A DNA stretch of 51,302 bases, taken from IMG/VR virus record IMGVR_UViG_3300032237_000709, positions 1-51,302 of that record. One strand, given 5' to 3'. Position 1 is the stretch's first letter. Every line of letters starts with the position of its first letter. Position numbers and translations under genes: made by a program. This document shows, piece after piece, positions 45,417 through 51,302 of this stretch. Origin of the DNA: a virus (lineage: Duplodnaviria > Caudoviricetes). The notes beneath the pieces are model-generated. The model did no database searches. It was given only the letters and a program-made list of their open reading frames with translations, and was not told the origin of the DNA.

Positions 45417-45449
45417 AATAATATATTTTGATATAAATATATCCAATTA

Positions 45450-46391
45450 TCAGGAAACCTCAATCTTATCGCAAAGTTCTGATTTATCTACGTATGGACA
45501 CCATTTGCAACTATTTTCTCCTATTTGTTTAAGGTAAGATTTTATTTGTGGTTTTCCAAACTCATCAAAGCAGTCTTTAATAAAATTTTCCATTTTTTCT
45601 ACTGCTTGTCGTCTTTTGGTTTTTCCGCTAGCGGGCTTAAAGGATTGAACCCTTGGGATTGGGAACTCAGACGCTTCCCAGATTTTCCTTTTGACAATAA
45701 AGTATTCAACTTCGATTCGATCAACGTCGAATCCAAATTGCCTTCCGAAATACTCTTTATAAAGGAGGATTTGAGCGAGTTTATTATCGTCCTTCTTTTC
45801 TCTTTCGCCCCATCCACGCGTCGAGGTTTTGATATCATAAATGTAAACTTTTTGTAAATCTTCATCGTATAATACAAAGTCAATATAACCTTTTAAATAT
45901 ACGTTTTTGTTTAAGCCAACTAATAGTGGCATTTCTATTCCTAGTAATTTTACTTTACGAACAGTAAATAATTTATTTCGTCTAGTTTTAATCCACTTTA
46001 TTATTGCTACTCCATCATCATAAAATTCTCTCATTTCCTGAGCGTTGGTGAAGTGTTCTTTGGTTTTTTCATACTCTTCTGAGTATACAGCTCTAAAACG
46101 ATCAGTGAATAATGTTTCTAAATCTATTCTATCAGCGGCTGCTCCACTCTCATTATACATCACATCAATATATTTCTGTAGTGTTTCATGAAACGCAGTT
46201 CCAAACACAGTATGAATTGTTGCTTGGTATGGGTTTTTATTTTCAACATATGATAAATACCATTGGTGAGGACATGTAGCATATATTGAATATTGTGAGT
46301 AAGAGACAGACCGCTGAAAGGAATAGTTTATTTCTGGGGGAGTGTGGTTCTTAATTCGTAATTCAATTTCTGATAGTTTACTTTTGGCCAT
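45450..46391 (-). CDS. PD-(D/E)XK (Cas4/RecB-like) exonuclease
   Basis: SYSQ...CP, G...H, GYID, DIKT, Q...Y, C..C...C. Confidence 0.85.
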   Translation of the reverse strand: MAKSKLSEIELRIKNHTPPEINYSFQRSVSYSQYSIYATCPHQWYLSYVENKNPYQATIHTVFGTAFHETLQKYIDVMYNESGAAADRIDLETLFTDRFRAVYSEEYEKTKEHFTNAQEMREFYDDGVAIIKWIKTRRNKLFTVRKVKLLGIEMPLLVGLNKNVYLKGYIDFVLYDEDLQKVYIYDIKTSTRGWGEREKKDDNKLAQILLYKEYFGRQFGFDVDRIEVEYFIVKRKIWEASEFPIPRVQSFKPASGKTKRRQAVEKMENFIKDCFDEFGKPQIKSYLKQIGENSCKWCPYVDKSELCDKIEVS

Positions 46392-46740
46392 ATTTTGCTC
46401 TTATTGCTTTACCTAATTCCATATCATTATGGTATTGTTTAACTAAATCCTGAATTGTATTTAATTTGGTAATTTCTTTTTTTAGGTATTGGGCCATGTC
46501 TAATGCCTCTTCATAGGCATGTTGAAGCATATTTTGATGATCATTTTCACACAATGTGGTGTTATATTTTTCCACCCCACGTTTAGAGCGTGATACTAAA
46601 TCCGTTATTACAGATATAGTTATTTTATCTTTAACAGGATAGTAATCATCGGATTGTTTTATTTTAAATCCATCTACGCTTATTCTATCTATATGTTTCA
46701 TATATTCTTTAAATGATTTTGAATCACTAATATACCCCAT
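46378..46740 (-). CDS. hypothetical phage protein (all-alpha NTP pyrophosphatase-like motif)
   Basis: G..KY.TTL...LQHAYEEALD...YL. Confidence 0.6.
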   Translation of the reverse strand: MGYISDSKSFKEYMKHIDRISVDGFKIKQSDDYYPVKDKITISVITDLVSRSKRGVEKYNTTLCENDHQNMLQHAYEEALDMAQYLKKEITKLNTIQDLVKQYHNDMELGKAIRAKYGQK

Positions 46741-47104
46741 TGATTTGTTGTTTAATAGTTTCTAATTCTTCTTTATCAATCATATCAATATATTCCTTAG
46801 CTTCTTTCTTACTAATTTCAAAGTATGATTGTACTGCTTCTATATCTTCAACCTTATAGTCTTTTTTCGTAGTAGGTTTAATGTATTTAAGATACTTATA
46901 CTGTTGTGGAATGAGATCCTTATACAGGTTGTATAGGTATTCTCCTTTCATTTGCCAAGTATTCTTTTGGACATAATTTACTACTTCACAATACTCTTGA
47001 TCCATACTTAGATAGCGATTGACCATCCAATTATTCCAGCCCTCGTCACCTAGGTATGGACCCTTTGTAGTTGTAATATTTTTAATATGATCAAATATAT
47101 TCAT
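46727..47104 (-). CDS. clamp-loader small subunit (T4 gp62-like)
   Basis: IFD.I..I, MVNRYLSM, YLKYIK, YF.IS..EA..Y; near the clamp-loader ATPase. Confidence 0.65.
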   Translation of the reverse strand: MNIFDHIKNITTTKGPYLGDEGWNNWMVNRYLSMDQEYCEVVNYVQKNTWQMKGEYLYNLYKDLIPQQYKYLKYIKPTTKKDYKVEDIEAVQSYFEISKKEAKEYIDMIDKEELETIKQQINGVY

Positions 47105-47379
47105 TAGTAATTTCTATCGTTATCGTTATATTTTTCTGATGCTTTCTGCTGTGATTCTCTCATTTCAAGTTGTCCTGCTAAGTATCTAACACGTTCAACA
47201 GCTGAATTAAAGTCTGATATTAATTGGGTATTAGTAGCGACTAAGTCATCATTTGTTTGTCTTAGTTGTTTATTTTCAACACCTAATCTTTGTGCTACAG
47301 CGATTGCATCAGCAAGTTGTTGTTCTGTTTCTTGTTTTGTCATTATAAATTGTTTTATTTTTTTAAATATATTAAGCAT
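47104..47379 (-). CDS. coiled-coil hypothetical protein
   Basis: heptad pattern. Confidence 0.65.
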   Translation of the reverse strand: MLNIFKKIKQFIMTKQETEQQLADAIAVAQRLGVENKQLRQTNDDLVATNTQLISDFNSAVERVRYLAGQLEMRESQQKASEKYNDNDRNY

Positions 47380-47617
47380 TTTCTTTTTCTTTATCCATTA
47401 AAGCTTTTACTGCTGGTGGGAGCGTTTCATCATTAATTTCATTACATTTTGTACAAACCATTACTGGAATAGGTACATTTTGGTCTGTTGATAATCCTGA
47501 AGCAAAACGAGACCATTTACGTATCATTACTACTTCTTGAAAGAATGAATTTCCACACTCACATGTTATAGGAGTTGTTTGACTTAGATCAAGTCGCATT
47601 TCTTGTTGTTGACTCAT
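47372..47617 (-). CDS. zinc-ribbon hypothetical protein
   Basis: CECG...CTKC. Confidence 0.75.
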   Translation of the reverse strand: MSQQQEMRLDLSQTTPITCECGNSFFQEVVMIRKWSRFASGLSTDQNVPIPVMVCTKCNEINDETLPPAVKALMDKEKENA

Positions 47618-47625
47618 TATAATAT

Positions 47626-48540
47626 TTATTTTTTATTTGTTTCTAATATTTTTGCTATGCAAGCTGCAAAGTTAATTTCTTTATCTGGTACTACACCTGA
47701 TCTCCAAATGAAATCATCTAATATAACTGATATTTCAGCATCGTGTCCATAACTAAATTTATCTAAATTATCAAACATATAGCGGTAAGCAACTTGAAAA
47801 TCATCGACTTGAGCGTCGGCTACAATTTGACGAATAATATACCAAGCTTTCTTATCACGCGCTTTTAACGTTTCTACTACCTTAGATAACCAATCTGTAT
47901 TTAATGCTATCCACTCATATTTACTCTCTTTAGTACCTGCTTGTAGATATTTAATAACTGATCTAATATCAGGATAATATTCCTTAATTAGCATAGCTAC
48001 ATTTTTAATATCATAAGTAACACCTTCAACATCTAGTATGTTTTTACAAACGTGTCTAGCTACATCAGGCATTGATGGTGGCTTCAGTATATGAATCTCA
48101 CAACGTGATGTTAGTGGTTCAATTAAACGCTCAATATAATTACATGTTAATATAAAACGTGTATTAATTGAGTATTCTTCAATAATGTTACGGAGTGCTG
48201 CTTGTGCTGGTTGAGTTAAGAAATCAGACTCATCTAATATTACTACTTTAATAGGATTAAATGTAGCTGATGATGCGAATCCCTTTACCTTTTCCCTAAT
48301 CATATCGATACCATTCTCATCTGATGCGTTAAGGTAGATGTAGTCGCATTTGATATTATTTACTATTAGCTTAGCTAATGTTGTCTTACCAGTACCAGCT
48401 GTACCAGAGAATATAAAATGAGGAATATCGTTTGAAGCAATACAACCGGAGATGCGGTTTTTAACCGCATCGTTCCCGATATATTGTTCTAATGTTTGTG
48501 ATCTATATTTCTCAATCCAGAGTGTATGTTGTTTTTTCAT
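47626..48540 (-). CDS. clamp-loader ATPase (RFC small subunit / T4 gp44-like)
   Basis: WIEKYR, G..GTGKTT, NASDE.G, ILDE.D, SRC motif. Confidence 0.92.
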   Translation of the reverse strand: MKKQHTLWIEKYRSQTLEQYIGNDAVKNRISGCIASNDIPHFIFSGTAGTGKTTLAKLIVNNIKCDYIYLNASDENGIDMIREKVKGFASSATFNPIKVVILDESDFLTQPAQAALRNIIEEYSINTRFILTCNYIERLIEPLTSRCEIHILKPPSMPDVARHVCKNILDVEGVTYDIKNVAMLIKEYYPDIRSVIKYLQAGTKESKYEWIALNTDWLSKVVETLKARDKKAWYIIRQIVADAQVDDFQVAYRYMFDNLDKFSYGHDAEISVILDDFIWRSGVVPDKEINFAACIAKILETNKK

Positions 48541-48543
48541 AAC

Positions 48544-48568
48544 TTAAATATATAACTTTTATTTTGCC
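48544..48568 (-). promoter_or_regulatory. 25-bp promoter motif copy
   Basis: ttaaatatataacttttattttgcc; ends 3 nt before ATG. Confidence 0.7.
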
Positions 48569-48575
48569 TTTCAAA

Positions 48576-49814
48576 TTACATCATTCCACCCATCATATCC
48601 ATTCCCATTCCACCATCATTTTTCTTTTCAGATGGTTTTTCATGAATAACACATTCAGTCATCAATAATGTTACTGCTGCTGCAGCTGCATTTTCAAGTG
48701 CTGAACGTACTACTTTAGTTGGATCAATGATACCTGAACTATAGGCATCTACTAATATTTCTTCTTCAATATTAGGTACTAAAGATGAATCTTCATTATG
48801 GTCTTTTAATTGCATCAACCACTCATAGTGATTTTCACCAGCATTAGTTAAGATCTGTGCGAATGGTGTACTACACGCTGCAGATACAATACGTTGACCT
48901 TTATTAAAGTCATCACCATCTACTTTAGCATAGCTAATTGCTTCTCTAGCATGTAATAATGCTACACCAGCACCTGGTAAGATACCTTCATCAAGAGCAG
49001 CTTTAGTTGCTTGTAAAGCATCATCTAATCTGTCTTTCTTTTCCTTCATTTCAATCTCTGTTCCACCACCTACATTAATGATAGCTACTCCACCAATCAT
49101 TTTAGATAAACGCTCTTGTAATTTTTCAATTTCGTATGGTGATGTTGAATTATCAATTTGATTTTTTAATTCAGTAATGCGTGCTCCAATTTCTACTGTA
49201 TCACCTTTACCATCAACGATTGTAGTTGTATCTTTACCTACAGTAACTGTTCTAGCTTCACCAAACCAATCTTTATTAAATTTATCTAGTTTCATACCTT
49301 TTTGGTGTGATACTACTGTTCCGCCAGTTAATGTAGCGATATCTTCTAAGATCAATGTTCTACGTTCTCCAAAGTCAGGTGCTTTAACAGCAGCTACTTT
49401 CAAAATACCTCTCATTTTATTTACAATTAATGTTGCTAACGCTTCACCTTCAACATCTTCAGCTACAATCAATAACGATTTATTTTGTGTTGATACTGAT
49501 TCTAGAATAGGCAATAATTCTTTTACTGTTGATATTCTACTATCTACAATCAATACTAATGGATTCTCTAATACAGCAGTCATAGTATTGTTATCTGTAA
49601 CCATGTATGGTGACTTATAACCTCTATCGAATTGCATACCCTCTACTACTTCTAAACTAGTTTCCCCAGTACGCGACTCTTCAACAGTTACCACTCCATC
49701 TCTACCTACTTTCTCAATAGCTGTAGCTACTAATTCACCAATTTCAGTATCACCATTAGCAGATAATGTTGCAATTTGTTTAATTTGTGTTTCATCAGCT
49801 ACGGGAACAGACAT
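48576..49814 (-). CDS. groEL: GroEL C-terminal fragment
   Basis: intermediate, apical and C-equatorial motifs; ATG 9 nt after the TAA. Confidence 0.6.
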   Translation of the reverse strand: MSVPVADETQIKQIATLSANGDTEIGELVATAIEKVGRDGVVTVEESRTGETSLEVVEGMQFDRGYKSPYMVTDNNTMTAVLENPLVLIVDSRISTVKELLPILESVSTQNKSLLIVAEDVEGEALATLIVNKMRGILKVAAVKAPDFGERRTLILEDIATLTGGTVVSHQKGMKLDKFNKDWFGEARTVTVGKDTTTIVDGKGDTVEIGARITELKNQIDNSTSPYEIEKLQERLSKMIGGVAIINVGGGTEIEMKEKKDRLDDALQATKAALDEGILPGAGVALLHAREAISYAKVDGDDFNKGQRIVSAACSTPFAQILTNAGENHYEWLMQLKDHNEDSSLVPNIEEEILVDAYSSGIIDPTKVVRSALENAAAAAVTLLMTECVIHEKPSEKKNDGGMGMDMMGGMM

Positions 49815-49823
49815 TTTCTTTAA

Positions 49824-50213
49824 TTATGCTACTACTGTTTTTACAGCGGCTTCAATACCTTTTTTTACTTGTGTTGCATTTGTTGATGCATACGATGTTG
49901 CCTCTAATGCTTGCGATGCTATAGAGTGTGCAAGAACAGTTGATGTTGTTGTACCATCACCTGCGGCATCTACTGTTTTTTCTGCTGCTTGCTTAATTAC
50001 GGTTGCAGCCATGTTCTCGATTGGATCTTCCAATACTACTGTTTTAGCTACACTAACACCATCTTTAGTTGATGCTACTTGTCCGTATTCTTTTTCAATT
50101 AACACATTACGTCCGAAAGGACCCATTGTTACTGATACAGCGTTATTGACCTTGTCAATACCTGCTTTTAATTTTTCTTTTGCTTCTCTGTTAAAACTGA
50201 TTATTTTACTCAT
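49824..50213 (-). CDS. groEL: GroEL N-terminal (equatorial) fragment
   Basis: TMGPFGRNV, TKDGVSVAK, AGDGTTTSTVLA. Confidence 0.6.
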   Translation of the reverse strand: MSKIISFNREAKEKLKAGIDKVNNAVSVTMGPFGRNVLIEKEYGQVASTKDGVSVAKTVVLEDPIENMAATVIKQAAEKTVDAAGDGTTTSTVLAHSIASQALEATSYASTNATQVKKGIEAAVKTVVA

Positions 50214-50230
50214 TTATTATGTTTATTTTA

Positions 50231-50608
50231 TTAATACAATTTATTTCCTTTTTCAATTTCTTTTTGAGAATCTTCTAATAATTCTCCTAAATGTTCTTTT
50301 TTAAGTTCAACTTTAGTTTCATCTTCTAAAATTGCGATTAAATCTTGTTCTTTACATACAACATATTCTTCACCATCTACTGTGATGCGTTGTCCTCCAA
50401 ATGATGGGAATATTACGGTAGCTCCTACCTCTGTTGTATTTGGAATTACTATCCCATTCATATTAACTACTCCGGGACCTGAAGCTATAACTTCACCCAT
50501 TAGTGGTTTTTCTTTACCGGCATCCGGTACAATGATGTTTCCATACATCGTTTCTGTTTCGTCTTGTTGTTTAATTACAACGTGGTTGTGTAACGGTTTG
50601 ATTTTCAT
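50231..50608 (-). CDS. groES: co-chaperonin GroES with C-terminal extension
   Basis: IKPLHN.V, IIVPD..KEKP..GEVIA.GPG, E.DLIAIL. Confidence 0.92.
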   Translation of the reverse strand: MKIKPLHNHVVIKQQDETETMYGNIIVPDAGKEKPLMGEVIASGPGVVNMNGIVIPNTTEVGATVIFPSFGGQRITVDGEEYVVCKEQDLIAILEDETKVELKKEHLGELLEDSQKEIEKGNKLY

Positions 50609-50783
50609 TTTTTATTTTGTTTTTATGTACTAAAATTGCTTCTTCTAATTGCTCTAAACTTACTGTAATTGAGCCATATTCACCATCGGAACAATCAAAA
50701 TGTACTTGATTATCCATAATAGTCATATAAGCGTCTCTGTTAAATTTAGCTTTTGTGTAAATAACGTTTGTTACTATTTTCAT
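50571..50783 (-). CDS. hypothetical protein
   Basis: 70 aa, overlaps groES start. Confidence 0.55.
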   Translation of the reverse strand: MKIVTNVIYTKAKFNRDAYMTIMDNQVHFDCSDGEYGSITVSLEQLEEAILVHKNKIKNENQTVTQPRCN

Positions 50784-50792
50784 AACAATAAA

Positions 50793-51300
50793 ATACGACA
50801 GGTCTTTTGGTTTACAAAACTTTATTTAATTGATATTTTCTTTGGTGCTTTAGATTCGGCATAAGGAATATCTATAATTAGTAATCCTTTATCCAATTTA
50901 GCTGTTAATTTACTTAATTCAAATTTACTAGCTACTTTCCATGCTAAGTCAAATGAACGTCTAGCTATACCTCTAGCGATATAGTTTACTATTTCATTAT
51001 CATTTTTGTTTTCGTGTGATACTCTTAATGTGTCTCCTTCTACTTGAATTTCTAGGTCCTCTTTATCGAGACCTACTACTGCGAGCTCAAAGCATAACCC
51101 ATTTTCTGTTTCGTAGATATCTACGGGGTAATTAATTTTTTCTTGAAATGTGTTGAATGTCGAATTGGAATTCATAAAATTTTTCCAAACGATGTCAAAA
51201 GGGTCTATTGCCCATTCTTTTAGGTATGTCATTTTGTTTGTGTTTGTGCACCCCTAAGGTATGCGGTTAATTAATATATCGTAACTAGGACCTGTCGTAT
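50793..51300. repeat. 12-bp perfect inverted repeat flanking hsp20
   Basis: atacgacaggtc (50793-50804) vs gacctgtcgtat (51289-51300). Confidence 0.75.
50822..51232 (-). CDS. hsp20: small heat shock protein (Hsp20/IbpA-like)
   Basis: YPVDIYE, ELAV.G, RGIARRSF, A.LD.GLL.I.IP. Confidence 0.92.
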   Translation of the reverse strand: MTYLKEWAIDPFDIVWKNFMNSNSTFNTFQEKINYPVDIYETENGLCFELAVVGLDKEDLEIQVEGDTLRVSHENKNDNEIVNYIARGIARRSFDLAWKVASKFELSKLTAKLDKGLLIIDIPYAESKAPKKISIK

Positions 51301-51302
51301 CC

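Larger units (their letters stand above)
48576..50213 (-). pseudogene. groEL: chaperonin GroEL interrupted by one in-frame TAA (codon 130)
   Basis: both ORFs are in the same frame: ...KTVVA*LKKMSVPV...; total span 546 codons; GP.GRNV, GDGTTT, EGMQFDRGY, KAPDFG, GGM tail. Confidence 0.85.

Noticed and set aside
45450-46391. Cas4-like nuclease as evidence of a CRISPR system
   Set aside because: Solo Cas4/RecB-like nucleases are common in phage replication modules; it sits beside clamp-loader genes and no array is present
1002-50633. Plus-strand ORFs in the six-frame track (e.g. 1002..1238, 2403..2775, 15899..16084, 42034..42432, 49177..49620)
   Set aside because: Antisense shadows of well-supported minus-strand genes, with no recognisable motifs or promoters

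Overview
AT-rich segment of a large tailed-phage genome, almost entirely encoded on the minus strand. The host is inferred to be Bacteroidota from a DUF4494 homologue, a T9SS-type C-terminal sorting domain, A-rich leaders without Shine-Dalgarno sites and a TAnnTT-type promoter core. In transcription direction (right to left) the window holds: (i) Hsp20-GroES-GroEL, with groEL broken by one in-frame TAA, then clamp-loader subunits and a Cas4-like PD-(D/E)XK nuclease (45.4-51.2 kb); (ii) a ~20 kb glycan / nucleotide-sugar cluster (25.4-45.2 kb); (iii) ClpP, an HNH-like protein and an RNA island with tRNA-Gln, tRNA-Glu, a tRNA-Leu-like RNA lacking a normal anticodon arm and several structured non-coding stretches (21-25 kb); (iv) a GH19 lysis module, a metallophosphoesterase and a secreted beta-helix protein (14-21 kb); (v) ~14 kb of short genes, most preceded by their own copy of a fixed-spacing 25-bp motif GGCA-N12-TAyATTCAC, often fused to the previous gene's stop codon. 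The most unusual elements are two tRNA-Leu-like scaffolds carrying unrelated inserts, the promoter-cassette array, single genes enclosed by long-range inverted repeats, a ~250-nt multistem RNA and a phage-encoded candidate T9SS substrate. All calls are by eye from motifs; no database search or folding program was run.
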